The notes: a model not told the origin generated them from the letters alone. A stretch of 59,014 bases of DNA from Amoebophrya sp. A120 (GCA_905178155.1 CAJINV010000004.1:1458467-1517480); one strand, 5' to 3'. Counted from the stretch's first letter, positions 43,701 to 56,086 are shown. Numbers and translations are program-made.

Positions 43701-46700
43701 CTGATGGACCGGGGCACTGGGATCTACCGCGACTACGATCCTTCCGAGCTGAAGGAGCAGCCGGAGTTCCAGCTAATCGACACGCAGGGCCGGGCGGTCA
43801 CCGAGCCCGCCGAACACATGCTGCAGGAGATACGCGCTATCCTCTGGGGGAAAATAAAGTATTGTTGAAGGCGCCGGCGTATACATGATGCGTACAAGAA
43901 TTGCAAGAGCGTACTTGGCCTTTACTGATGCAGCAGCGCATCAGGCGACAAGGCACAGCACTGTCTACATCATTTTGGATGTTGGAAAACAGTTCTGCGG
44001 CTAGATTTGGCTCTCTTGTGTGCGCGGCGGGAAGAAGGTACAACATTTTTTACACTGCATACACCCGATGCGATCAAAATTCCGTTTTCGCCGAAGAATA
44101 GTGGCCGCCACAATCATTCTCATCATCGTGGGTTACGCTGGGCTCAGGTACAGTTCTATGAATCGATTTTTTTATTCGGTCGCTTTTCGTTTTCTCGGCC
44201 ATCCCCAAGGTAGCGAAAAAAAAAGAAGAAAAAAAGGTTCTACGTCTGGTCGTGTTACCGCCAGTTCAAGGTGCTGGAAATGGGTATGCGTCGTAAATAT
44301 GTCTGGGTCGGAAACAAGATTGCAAGATTTGTTGTGCCTGTCTGACATGGCTCGGAGGTTCGTTGTGATGCCTGTGCACGAAGGAAAGCACGCGTCATTC
44401 GTTTTCTGTCATGCAAACTGATGCAATTTCCTGTGCGGAATGCGCAAGGGCAAGACCCAAGGCCGAACTTCTTATGCTTCGCTGCCTTTAGCACGCGCTC
44501 ATCTTCATTCACGTCCTTGTACTTATTGAAAGTGTCCAGACCCGGACATATTTGCGGTTGATAGTGTGTGTGCTGTCAGACAAGAAGTTCCCCATGACGG
44601 CGGCGGAAATGAAAGAAGTACTTACTTACGAGGTTTTCACTGTTTTGAGTAGTTGAAAAAATCCACTTCCACAAGAAAACCACGAGGCAACTGTGGTGAG
44701 TGTGAGCATCGTTGTCGTGTGTGGAAAAAACCTTCGAGAAATATATAAACCACACGCAGTATGGAAACGTCAGGTTTGAAATCGTCAAAGTTGAAATAAT
44801 TTGTAATGCATAAAATGCATGACCCGAGGTACGTGCGTTGCAGAGCAGGCAAGTGAGGCCGATTGTAAGCCTGTTTGGGGTTACAGCTCGAGCTGCTAAA
44901 GTAGCATGAGAAAATCGCTCTTCTTTGCCTAAACAGCACGACAAACTGGATTTAAGGGCCGCCAAGATTTGTCATGCGCCACTTGGAAACTGGGTTCCAA
45001 CTGGCATCCATTTGATGCATGACAAATTATTTCAACTTTGTCGATTTCAACTCTGACACATCCACACCCAGCTCCGGCAAGACTGCTCGACCATGACCAC
45101 ACCGGAATGCGTATCCCAGAGAAAAAAGCTGGCAGGGCATGTTTGTAATGCCAAAATAAATACACAGAAAAACTTCTCATGGGTGGCCCTATAGCATGCT
45201 GTTTCGGATATGCAATGCAGATTTTTTGTGTATTTCTTTTTGCATTACAAATATGCCCCTCCCGCTTTTTTCTGTGTGATAATGCGAGCCGAGCGAAGAC
45301 CAAGTCCTGCAGACGTGTATGGCTCCGCCGGTAGGCCAAGCGCGGCCCCATATGCATTGCAAAAGCATCGTACCAGTAGGAATTGCAAATGCAAGTAGTA
45401 TTCTATTATACAAATTAGCTCAGCATGCAATAACAGAGGGAATTTAAGTATTTGTCATGCTTGGAAAAAAGATGATTTGTGGTGCATAACTGGGACACGA
45501 TCACTACAAGAACGATACTCTTGCACTGGATACCCCGGGCGTTCCATCAACTTTGGCACGACTTGCTGGGATTGGACGTGTCCGCGGCCCTGACGCTGCC
45601 CTGCTTCCACGGGGTCTGCAAGCTACGCTCGAAGCTACGCATTGTAAATATCGATCTGTGTCTGGAATAAACTTGTGTTGCTGAAGATACTCGCGCCGCG
45701 GAGTAGTCGCTTGTATGGACGAATAATCGCATGATCACAAGTTTTGCGAGGCTCATTCCGAGATTGATTCGTCATGCGCATAAAAAAGTAGGTTCCGGCG
45801 AGGCAAAAAAGCGAGCGAGACTTCTTTTCATCCATCACAGAAGATGTTGCTGTCCTTGAAATCTTGCATGAGAAATTTACACCCAGATGACTACAGATTC
45901 GCAATGCATATAATCTGGCGGAGTACGATTTTCAGGCTGTTTTGATTGTGGTCGGCCTGATTTTCGGTGCGGTGCTCTACAACGATATCGTCAAGCAGCA
46001 AATGCTATCGGATAGATGCAAAAGTCCTTTTGGTGTCGTTGCATGACAGACTTCCAGTCTTTTACGTCGTTTCTGCATAATGGCACATCCTGCTATGAAC
46101 AAAAACATTTGTACTTTTGCACTGCATAGACCCGTAACAAGCAGCACGAAATGGTGACCGCCATGTCGCCAGGGCACTCGCCCATGCTATCGCACGAAAA
46201 AAGTGTCTTGAGCGTGTGATCATGCGGGGGAAGTTAGATCGCACAACAGCATAGAACTTGGAACAGCTCTGGTCTTTACCAAAAAGTTCTTATGCAGTGC
46301 CTGTTTTAAATAACAATGATGATGATCACAGGAGGAGAAAAATCTCTTATTTTTTTTCGTGCGATACCGAAACCGAATGCAGCAATCTATGGTGGTCAAT
46401 TCCTACGGCGGCGGTCTTATCCTTTATAAAAACGTCCCCACCTCCCCATGGTCAAGTCGGAACCTTTGCGAACACAAATCCAGAAGTTTTGGGAGTCACG
46501 CATGACAAGTTTTGCACTGTAATACTGTAGTGCAGGATAGCAAGAAAAGCCGCATCACAAATCCATCCCCTTTTCCTGTTTGCAGAATTACAAATTTCGA
46601 AACTGCACGACGGACGAGAGACGCCACTTGTGTGGATGCGCACTAGCAACGTTCCTGTGCGCCGTGGAAATCTGCATGACACCTACTATGGTCGTGTGGG

Positions 46701-47208
46701 GACGTCTTTACACAGGAGACGCCTGGACGGCTACGGTGGCTATGCGGGTGGTCCAGAGACGTCCAAGACCAATCAGAAAGTGGTTTACAGTCCCGTGCTA
46801 TCCAAGGAAAAAAATGTGCTTTTATTTCAACATTCCCTGAGTTTGACTTTGATGCATGATTTTTTGCACGGCGTGGAATATTAATCTCCGGTGTTTCCAC
46901 GCCCATGCGGCAGGTTGGTTTAACGCGACTGAGGACGTCGATTAGGCGTGGTCATGATTCACCTGATCCTCTCAGCTTTCCGCTCACAGTGCCTCGACGC
47001 ACTGTGTCTTTTTTTGTGGCAGATGTGAGTAGTAGAGATTGTTTTCGGTAGAAAAGAAACCAACTTGTGGACTAGTAAAGTAAGGACATAAAGAAATACA
47101 TGCAGTCTTTTCCTTCGATAATCTCTACAGCAGCAGATGGCCGCTGCGCAACGGAACCCAGGGAGCACACCATTTTTGCCGCCCGCGGGGGGTGGGGCGT
47201 ACAACTGA
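40786..47208 (+). CDS. Multi-pass membrane protein with probable C2 domain, about 16 introners plus 2-3 GT-AG introns (43237-43348, 44148-44236)
   Basis: Signal-like N-terminus, TM VLMLVIVVLLGILAF, C2-like LKISNIRAGDL...DFYLMCE...ITFPEELVLRI...VRFVVKEENFFGSEEVAELVI, two further TM segments. Junction at 44618-44745 is unresolved. Confidence 0.72.
40918..41182. mobile_element. Introner family A
   Basis: TSD TCGTC/TCGTC. Confidence 0.92.
41233..41509. mobile_element. Introner family I (old, starts TGT)
   Basis: Imperfect TIR; RVI|FLF in frame. Confidence 0.7.
41614..41934. mobile_element. Introner family D
   Basis: TSD GGTCG/GGTCG. Confidence 0.9.
42142..42399. mobile_element. Introner family A
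   Basis: TSD GGTGA/GGTGA. Confidence 0.92.
42502..42756. mobile_element. Introner family C
   Basis: TSD TCGGA/TCGGA. Confidence 0.9.
42795..43151. mobile_element. Degenerate introner
   Basis: TSD TCGGA/CCGGA. Confidence 0.72.
43422..43655. mobile_element. Degenerate introner
   Basis: TATCG start, eroded right end, ALR|KVSE in frame. Confidence 0.55.
43838..44061. mobile_element. Degenerate introner
   Basis: TATCC...GCATA, flanks CGCGC/CACCC, frame restored. Confidence 0.65.
44285..44563. mobile_element. Introner family A (diverged)
   Basis: ATGTCTGGGTC/GACCCGGACAT TIR core, flanks ATGGG/GTGTG. Confidence 0.82.
44760..45066. mobile_element. Introner with long distinct TIR
   Basis: GTCAG.TTTGAAATCG.CAAAGTTGAAATAATTTG inverted at both ends; TSD CGCAG/CCCAG. 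Confidence 0.82.
45112..45281. mobile_element. Introner family F
   Basis: TSD ATGCG/ATGCG. Confidence 0.9.
45351..45532. mobile_element. Introner family G
   Basis: TSD CCCCA/CCCCG. Confidence 0.85.
45636..45910. mobile_element. Degenerate family A introner
   Basis: Flanks GAAGC/TAATC, frame restored. Confidence 0.72.
46006..46366. mobile_element. Degenerate introner
   Basis: TATCG...CGATA; element+5 restores the frame. Confidence 0.6.
46418..46719. mobile_element. Introner family B (diverged)
   Basis: AAAACGTCCCCA TIR core; flanks GGTCT/CGCCT. Confidence 0.82.
46799..47120. mobile_element. Degenerate introner
   Basis: TATCCAAGGAAAAA...TTTTCCTTCGATA; frame restored to stop at 47208. Confidence 0.68.
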
Positions 47209-48287
47209 GGATGATCGTAAGTCTGCTTAGTACTTATCTTATGGACTCGCTTCAACAAGAATAAAAGAAGATTACATTACGAGCGTGTCAGTATATAATG
47301 AAAGTTCCACCTGTCTGAATAAACCGCCAACACACTGGACTCCCGATTGCAATTTCGTTGCTGCGGGAGCAGCGCTGCACATTTTCCACCAAACCGTCAG
47401 AGGAGTGCACTAAAGCGTCCCAGTTTCAACAGCTTCGATTTCCAGTAGCTGTGGCCGACGTAATACTTTTGCTCCTCTACTACTTACAAGAACGGCAGTT
47501 GTCACACAGGACTACGACATCGAATGCTTTGCAAGATTTTTTAGACAGTGGCGGTCAAGTAAGTAGAAGACGCGACTTAGGCGGGGGCATGAGCGAAACG
47601 AGAGTGGTCTTCAGATGAAACGGAACAAAAAATGCGTACAACATTTTGTCCACCGCGACCTCCAGCTCCAGCAGCAGAGCTGTTGAACTTGTTGATCAGC
47701 ATGTTCGAGGATTTGGGCATTTGAGCAGGCTCAACAAATGAAACCGGATGCACTTGATTGCCGTTGAATATACTTTCATCTTTGCATTGAATTCATCGGC
47801 AGAAAAGGAAAGAGCGAGGGTGAGAAGATCAAGGCAAAATAATGACATCAAACAGCTATCCTGCAAGAAACGGGATATTGATTTGTTGCGTTTCTGTTGT
47901 GATATACCCCCTAAATAAGGAGGAAAGTGCGTGCTGTGGACGAGCGCCGGGGCTTTACTGCTGTAGTTGCGGTGGATGCAGCGGTTGATGCACAGCTTGG
48001 AAGATGTGCATCTTATTGGTCGTTGTTCTTCAAAAAGGCATGAGATCTAAGTAGATGGATAGATGGTTCTTAAAGGAGGAGGAGCGAAGCCATCGTCGTT
48101 TCTTATCTTTGAAGTGACTTTGCTGTGTCCTTTTGGCCGGGGCGGCCGCTGCTTCTCTGAAACAGTTTCTAAATTGTTTTCCGTCGGAACAAAGAAGATT
48201 CTGTCGTGAGTTGTGATACTCATATTGGGACAAAAGAAAAAGTAAGTGGCCTGACCACTAACGCCTGGTCACCAAAAAGTTTTAAAC

Positions 48288-51200
48288 ATGAGCTCGCGAG
48301 GAGGTACCGTGTCAGGAGGTGTTGGGGAAGCTGGTAAGGGCACTTCTGGCGCGGGTGGGAGTAATTACACCGCCCCAACGGGGCCAGCAGACGCGACCAC
48401 GACGATGCCAGCGATTGTCGTGCCGTTGCAGACCGTTGCAGTTATCGGGAGGGGGAAACAACGAGGAGCATAACTACAACCCATTGTCTTCAACTACACT
48501 TTTTCGTGTGAGTAAGCGCATGGATTTATTTTTTTGCATTCCAAAAAGTTTTTGTTTTGCAAAAATTTTTGCTTCCGTTTTCCTCAAGACAAACACAAGT
48601 ATACTTTCACCTTCCCGGTGATTGCTTTCCCGCGCTGGAAGCGTAGCCACGACAGATTAATAGAAAGTGACTATTGTAAAGACGATCACTGCGGGAATTG
48701 CACTTGGGTGCTTTAGAAATTTGTTTTTCCCCCATGATAACTGCAACCGACCACCAGCAGGATCAGCATTCCAGTGCGCAACATCATGCAGTCGGTTGCT
48801 CTGGTGCTGAAGCAGACAGGGCTACCCCTTCATCCTTCGCTTCCAACAGGACACCAACCGCGTCCTCAAACCCTGCCGCCAGCTCCTCTGCGTCTGCGAG
48901 AAGCAGTGGGAAGGCCACGAAGAGCAAGAGCAAAACGAAAACGGGGGCGAACAAGGTTTCTGTCAGCGCTTCGGAGGTGGTCGTTTTGGACGAGCCTTTA
49001 CGGCAGTCGGAACAAGCAGGTGGTGCGTCGTCCTCGAGGAGTGGCATTGCAACAGGAGGAGGACACCGCAATAAAGCTGCAGCCGGCAGCACCAGCACGA
49101 CGGGGGCACCGCAACAGCACAGTACTAGTGGCAGCAACAACCAGCTGGTTCCTGTGGCAGACCAGCAACAGCTGGAACTACACGCGACGCGCAGCAGTTC
49201 GTCCAGTTCGGGCGGCGCGCGGGGCAAGCCGAGCTCCTCATCATCAGCTTCCTCATCTACCAACGCAGCCGCGCAAATGAATTACCAGCAGTTGGTATGA
49301 TCGTGTGGGAAACATAAAGTGTGTCAATGCCCAGACAGTGCAAGAACATGTTATGGTTTATTGTTCGGACTGGCAGCATGTTGGCAAGTTCATTCTGCAT
49401 GATGACAGAGAAATATTAAGCCTGGCCTGTCTAGCTAGTAGAGTCAAAACGGATGATGTGAAAAAAGAGGACTTCAACATGGCTGTCCGGTATGACAAGT
49501 GTGAAGATGCTGTTGCATGATCATGCTAGTTCGCATTGCAACACCCTTTTTTTCGTTCGGACACTTGGAAACGTTGCACCAGCTTCGCATGGATCAGGAC
49601 ATTTTAGCGAGAGGATTGACCGAACTCGAGGACCAGTTGCACCACCGACTTTCCGATCTTGCTGAAGAAACGGAGCGGAACGCGAACTACCACAAGGCTC
49701 TGGAGAAAGCGGTGCAGCAGTTTGGGCAGCGGCTCCACCAGAGCAGTACTTCTATTGCGAACGGTAGTTGTAGTACTTCTTCTTCGGCGACAGCACAGCA
49801 TCAGTTGGACTACAGCAGCAAGCATGCCCAACACCTGGAGCACCTGGAGCAAATGTGCCAACAAACCGTGGCCGACCAGGACCATTTGCACGCGCAGATG
49901 CAACAGTTTGCCGACGAACAAGACCGCAAGTACGACCAGCTGTCCCTGCAGCTACAGCACGTCGTGCAGGAGCAGCGGCAGCTGCAGGAGCAGCTCGCGG
50001 CGGCGGTACTTGCGGCGCAAGGAGCTCCGGCGGCGGTGCACCAGAACCGCGACCTCGGGGACGTTGACCAAAAGTTTTTGGGGACGAGCAGCGGCTCCTC
50101 CGCAGAGATAAAAGAGAAAGAAGCACACCTAGTACTACGCTCGGAGGAGCCCGAGCAGGAAAGTAGAAATCAAGGAGAGCATGAAGCAGCAGCTGCTAGT
50201 ACTATCGGCCACGAGAAGCGTATTGTGGATCTGGAAAAGCAAGTAGCCGCGATGTCGGAACTCTGCCAAACGGTACTGCAAACGATGTCGCTATCAACTG
50301 TAAAAATGTCTGGGTCTGGAAGAATTCATGTCTGTCATGCTTGTCTGGCATGACTCTTAAATCTGTCATGCACGTTACCCAAGAGCTCCGTTTTTCTGTG
50401 ATGCAGAGCCGCAGTTTGTCATGCAGAATAGGCAACACCTAGGAGCTCAGAAACTTGTCATGCTGAGCCAGTATTCGTAGCCTCATCATGAGACGCCACC
50501 CAGCATCACAAGTTTCCAGACCCAGACATTTTTATTTTTGATAATCGCAGCAGATGCGCGATTTGCAGGGCAAGTGGAAGAAGCGCGACCAGACGTTTGA
50601 CCTGCGGCTACATATGCATTGCAAATATAATTTATGTCTGGAGGTGGAGATTTGTGATGCTGAACTGTGGATGATGAAAACACTATCGTGATCGTGAATT
50701 ATGCAGACAAGCATGACAAGTTTGCAGAACGTTTTCTCCTACGCAGTCCGCATGAGATGACACTGCGTTTTCCTATGGCGACTTTTGTCGGTCCTGCAAT
50801 ACAGATTTCACACCAAAAATGTACGACCAGCATTTTTACAAGTTCCAACTTTATTCCAGACCCAGACATATTGTTTGCATTTGATGCTGTAGGAGTTCGC
50901 GCAAAAGGTCGAAACCATAGAGACCACGGTAGCGACGTCTTCGGACGTTCTTTTCCGCCAAGGCGATATTAACACTCTCGGTAAACAACAGCCACGAGGA
51001 CCCGGTGAAGAGCCAGATCGCTCCGCGGAATTGGTAAGGCCAGGGTCATCATCCGCTGCTGCGGCTGCTTCAAGTAAAAACACCGAGCAGGTCACCATGG
51101 TTTCTCCTTCCTCGGACCTACAGAAGGTAGAACACGGGTTGCGGGATGAGCTCTCGCACGTTCATGCGGACGTGCAGGAAAAAATTCAGCGGTTGCAGCA

Positions 51201-54200
51201 GCACATGAACAAGCTGGACCAGAATAGCCGCAGCTCCCTGCTGCAGCTGAGTGAGATGTGCGACCAGAGCATTCGTCGGGCCGTGGAAAAAGTGGTGGCC
51301 ACCGAAGTGGAGCCGTGGCGCAAGCAGCTCGGAGAGAAAACCCAATTCGATCTAGACCGTTTTGGGGACCTGGAGTGCCGTGTGCTGCAGGTAGAAAAGT
51401 ACGCAAGGAAAAAACTACTGCATCAGTGTAAGTACGTTGGTCTGTGTTCTTGCAGAGGACGATGCATAACGCCTACACTCAGCATGCTTGATGTGCGCCG
51501 TCACAGTCAGGCTAAGGCTATTTGATTTTCCTATGTTTTTTTTCTCTTTTTTTCACACGCTCACCACTCATGACAGGTCACGCGAAACAAGACATTTGTG
51601 ATGCTGCTGATCCAAAAAAATCAAAAAAGCTTTGTATTGCTTCCGCTAAGACAGTTTTTTTTTCCGGTATGAAAACAAAGTTACGTGCACTGGCGCCGTT
51701 GGCAAGACCGACGTGGAGGCGAGCACAACTAGAGAGGCAGCTGCCAGCACCTCCACAAGGGCAACTATCCTGAGTAAAAACGTACCCACACCAGAGTCAG
51801 GATGGGGATTTTGCAACACAAGCCTAAGAGTTTTGTGAGTCACGCATGACAAGTTGCACTCTGCAGTGTAGTGCAGGTTAGCAAGTGCAGCCGCATCACA
51901 GATTCATCTGCTCATCCTGTTCACAGCATCACAAACTCCAAAACACGACTGGAATTGGCTCTCATGGGGATGCGCATTACAAGTCTTCCTGTCTTTGCAA
52001 ATCTGGATTACAACTCTGGTGTGGGTACGTTTTTACTCAGGATAGCAACTTCACTTCTGCAAGATCAACTCGGCGACTTGGCGAAGCGCTTCCAGCGCCT
52101 GGAAAGGTAGAGAAAATTCGCTAGCTCAGGAACTGGGCGAGCTGCTGGCTTTTTATTGCAGAGTGCTTGCGTCGTGTACATGGTTCTATGTATCATTTTG
52201 AGCATTTTTGTTGCGCAACCTTTTCTGTTTGTTACATTTTTTCAAAACAAGTCCACACAAAAAAAAATCACGCAGCTCCGTGGGCGATTTTCGGTCCTCC
52301 ATGACGGAACCCAGACTAGCCAGATTGGAAGCCGTCCTGCTGCACGGTGGCGGAGCTACAGAAGTGTCGGCCGCATCAGGACCCGTGGGCAGAAAAGATA
52401 AAAGCCTCGAGGAGCGCCGGCCAGGAGGTGGTGTTCCAAGCTCACCCGAAGACCAAGAAGATCTCCCTGCTTGTGCCAGCAGCCCGCCTGGTGCGGGTCG
52501 TGGGGCGACCGCGTCTGTAGCAGACACAACCGGTGGAGGTCACCAACGCCAGAGAGATGTTGAACAAGCTGGCGCTACATCACCGAGCGGCGGTTGTTCA
52601 TCCGCTTCGTCTTTCTCTGTTAAGAGCGGTCGGATTTGGGAGAACAAGCTGAGTCGCTTGGAGCACCGCTTGGTCGCTATTGCAAGGAAAAATCTTCCCT
52701 CCCGGGGTCCCCATGTTGAAAGCGCATTCCTCCGAAAATTTGTCATGGTGAAGATTTGTGACCACAAATTGCGTCTGGCTTGCAAGAAGGCAAGAGCAGA
52801 AAGTCCGCCGCGTTTTTATTTTATGCAGGCGGTTTGTGAAGATGCTGTTGCGGCCTACAGACAAGACGTCTAGCATGCTAAGTGCCTCCGTCAAGTCATT
52901 CCGTTCCAGGCACTGCAGCTGCCTGCAATCCTTTACTGCAAGACACAGCTGCGTTGTGTACCCAAATTCCGCGCCACAAACATTTCTATTTTGATTATGG
53001 GGAGGGGGGACTTTTCATTTTGATGGTCGCGCGTCTGACGGAACTGGAGACCAAATGCGCAGCGTTTTTGGAGAGCGACGACTTCGGGTCTCCGCAAGTG
53101 GAAGATGGTGTAATCGACCAGCAGACTTGTTCCAGAACTGGTTTGAGAATGGGACCAACTTCCACAAATAATGCCGGGGGGTCGCAGCACAGCAAGGTGG
53201 TCAGCCGCCGCGGGCTCGAGCAGCGACTCTCCGCCGTTGAGCAGACGGCCTATGCATTGCAAATATGTCTGGGTCTTCTGGAAACTCGTGATGCAAGTGC
53301 TCGATGGATATGCAAACAAAGCTGCGCGCTGATGTTGCAATACGTGGCCAGGCATTGCAAGTACTTACTAAAGTAGTTTTCGAGCTACTGCTACGTTTAG
53401 CGTGTTCCTCATAGCAAGCTACCTTTTTGCATGCCAGGCAAGATGTTGAGGATGTTCTAGCGCATAAGCATCACAGAATTCCGAACATATGCCAGATGAG
53501 CATAAAGAAAAAGAATAGTCATTTCTTTTCAATAATCTTCCAGATCCAGACATGTTTGAAATCCATACGGCGACGGAGGCGACCAAACGGGCGGAAGCGC
53601 GGCTGCAGGAGAAGGTGCAGACTATGCATGGCAAATGTGTCCTCCTCTGCGTTTGGATATCCGTTTATTCGTTCATTTCTGTGTGGCGACCAGATCTGTA
53701 TTATGTGTTTATACGTGTGCATGAGCAGGAATTATCGCGAGTTATGTTGTCACTCTGCAACGAGCCAGCTTCTTTTTTGTTTTTCATGCGATTATTTACG
53801 AATTGAACTTATATATGCGGTGCAGCAACTACAAAACGCAGTTCTGATGTGGTGCAAAACTCAGCGAATGGAAATGCTTCGCTGTACTATGTTCTGTCCA
53901 AGCCAGCACTATGTTCTGTCCAAGCCAAGACATGTTTGCAGTGGATACAGACTATCAAATGTAAAAATGTCTGGGTCTGGAAGAATGCAACTTGTGACGC
54001 TGCATTTGGATTCCAGAAAAATCTGTGTTGCATGAGTACCAGATGGAATGTAATTTTTGCTACGCGGAGAGGGCATTTGTCATGCGGAATAGGCATCAAG
54101 AAGCTCTCAAAAAATCTGCGATGCTAGGGCATGCATCACAGACATCAGGGCTCATGCAAAACGTGCGTGACAAGTGTCAGAATCTTCCAGACCCAGACAT

Positions 54201-56086
54201 TTTTGCAATGGATACAGACTGCTCTAACGCAAAAGGCCGAGGAGCTCGAAGCAAGAACCAGGGAGGGCCTACAGTACATTCATAGTTTTTTGCGCATGAA
54301 CAAGTAAGAGCTAGACATGAAAGTGAACCAAAACTACAAAATTGTAGAATTGAACGCTTGATGACAAAGCAAGGTGGTACTTGTTGTTTTCTCACCGCTC
54401 AACATCCTCTTCAAATGTGTTTTCGTTCTATATCTTTAGGCACTTAGAGGACGAGTTGCGCGTGTTGCTGGGCTATGAATTGCAAATGTGTCTGGGTCTG
54501 GAAGGATGCCAGATTTGTCGTGCAGGTTTTCCATGACCCATGAGGCCTGGTATGTAAGACATAGCATGACAGATTCTGTGAGTGTTCTATCATGCCTATC
54601 CTGCATGAGAAAAAACCGCCTCTCGATTGGCTCAAAAGTGGACAGCTTTTGGTAATCACGCAACACAGAATCTTACATGATTCCGTGATTAGCATGACAA
54701 CTTGCAGCTTTGTTCCAGACCCAGACTTTTTTGCATTTGATATGGGCGAAAGCGTGCAGGCCGACCTGGAGCGGAGAACTGTGGCATTGATCAGCCAAGC
54801 GGAGCGTCGCATCCTCGAACAGCAGGAAAAGGCACTGGAAGCGACGTTCAAGAAGGCTGAAAATTATAGTTTGGCAACAACAAAAATGAGCGCGCCAAGT
54901 CCGGGAGAAGTGGGGACAGCGGCGACAGAAATGGTCGTCCAACAGGAGGTATCAAATGCAAAAATGTCTGGGTCTGGGAGATTGCGAGATTTGTCATGCT
55001 AGTCTGGCATGACTCTGAGCTCTGTGTTGCATGGCCGCGAAGAGCTCCTCCCCCCTGTCATGCAAAAACGCAGTTTGTCATGCGGAATACGCAACTCAGA
55101 ACCATGAAAAAAACTTGTCATGCTTGGCAGCGCATCATAGTGAGTTCACTATTCCTTTTCTTGCATCACAAGTTTCCAGACCCAGACATATTTGCAATGC
55201 ATAGGAGGAGTTGCAGCGTGACGTGCGCAGTATGGAAACGCGGCTCTATCACAGGGAGAAAAGCATTTTTACATACAGCTGCTAGCATGGGATTGATTTT
55301 GCATGATAGGAGATACAAACCTGCTTCTGGATTTATTGTGTGCCGGTCTATTATAGTTTAAGCATATGATTATCCCAACCTGCTGTAGTTGTACTGTGGG
55401 GCGCTTTTCTCTCTGGGATAGGCTCGAGGATTTGGTCTTGCGCCTGTCCGCGCTGGAAACGCAGGCGATTGCGAGGATAAGCGACTCGGGCATCGCAACT
55501 GGTGGTTCTTTTGCTGCTCCTGCAGCGCCAGAAGTGGATCACGACGCTATGGTGAGGAAAAATCCCCTCTCCCCATAGATAATATTGAAAATTGATGCTT
55601 CTGCAAATCAGTGCTTCTTATTTGTGGTCACAAATCCTGTGTCTGTCTTGATGGAAGAGAGCAAATCCAAAGGGTGCGCCCCATGTTCCATGCGATCTGT
55701 AATGCTTTTGCGCCTCCAACTGCACTCCAGGCTCAGGCCACTGCTATACGAAGAGCCTACACGACGACGACCAAAACGCCCCAACAAAGCAGGCTCAGTG
55801 AGTCTCCGCCTGCAGAAGCTCCTCACTGGTGCGCGTGTACAACAAATCGCGCTGCACAGATTTCGCGTTGACTATGAGCCAGGGGCTGGATTTTTTTATA
55901 TTTCCATAGCGTTCCTTGCGAGCAAAGTCCTCGCTCTTTCCGGAAATGCAATTCCGCCGCCGGCAGTGCGCGAGGTGGCTTCGCGAGTGCAGCAGGACGT
56001 TCTCGCAGAGGTGCAGCTGGTTTTGGGCGACCAGATTCGGCAGCACAGCCGGGACCAGGCAACGCGGGTGGTGCACACACGCATGG
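48288..56086 (+). CDS. Large coiled-coil/low-complexity hypothetical protein, 3'-partial or disrupted; 15 introners plus GT-AG introns 52107-52275 and 54274-54439
   Basis: Heptad-rich exons (LTELEDQLHHRLSDLAEE, LEQRLSAVEQTA) join in frame from ATG 48288 to the interrupted element at 56087. Confidence 0.75.
48443..48739. mobile_element. Degenerate introner
   Basis: TATCGGGAGGGGGAAAC...TTTTTCCCCCATGATA; frame restored. Confidence 0.7.
49296..49563. mobile_element. Degenerate introner
   Basis: TSD GTTGG/CTTGG. Confidence 0.65.
50292..50543. mobile_element. Introner family A (reverse complement of 1-252)
   Basis: TSD GTCGC/ATCGC. Confidence 0.92.
50613..50886. mobile_element. Introner family A (diverged)
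   Basis: Flanks CTACA/CTGTA. Confidence 0.8.
51400..51671. mobile_element. Introner family I (old)
   Basis: Flanks AAAAG/AAAAC, frame restored. Confidence 0.65.
51766..52044. mobile_element. Introner family B
   Basis: Perfect TIR, TSD GCAAC/GCAAC. Confidence 0.93.
52678..53025. mobile_element. Introner family D
   Basis: TSD GTCGC/GTCGC. Confidence 0.87.
53251..53567. mobile_element. Introner family A (diverged)
   Basis: TSD CGGCC/CGGCG. Confidence 0.82.
53623..53947. mobile_element. Old introner, first of a tandem pair
   Basis: TATGCATGGCAAATGTGTC...GACATGTTTGCAGTGGATA, TSD CAGAC/CAGAC. Confidence 0.83.
53953..54214. mobile_element. Young family A introner, second of the tandem pair
   Basis: TSD CAGAC/CAGAC. 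Confidence 0.92.
54474..54742. mobile_element. Introner family A
   Basis: TSD TGGGC/TGGGC. Confidence 0.92.
54950..55203. mobile_element. Introner family A
   Basis: TSD GGAGG/GGAGG. Confidence 0.92.
55247..55420. mobile_element. Introner, family F-like
   Basis: TATCACAGGGAGAAAAGC...GCTTTTCTCTCTGGGATA, TSD GGCTC/GGCTC. Confidence 0.85.
55548..55908. mobile_element. Introner family D (diverged)
   Basis: Flanks diverged; HDA|LASK in frame. Confidence 0.78.
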
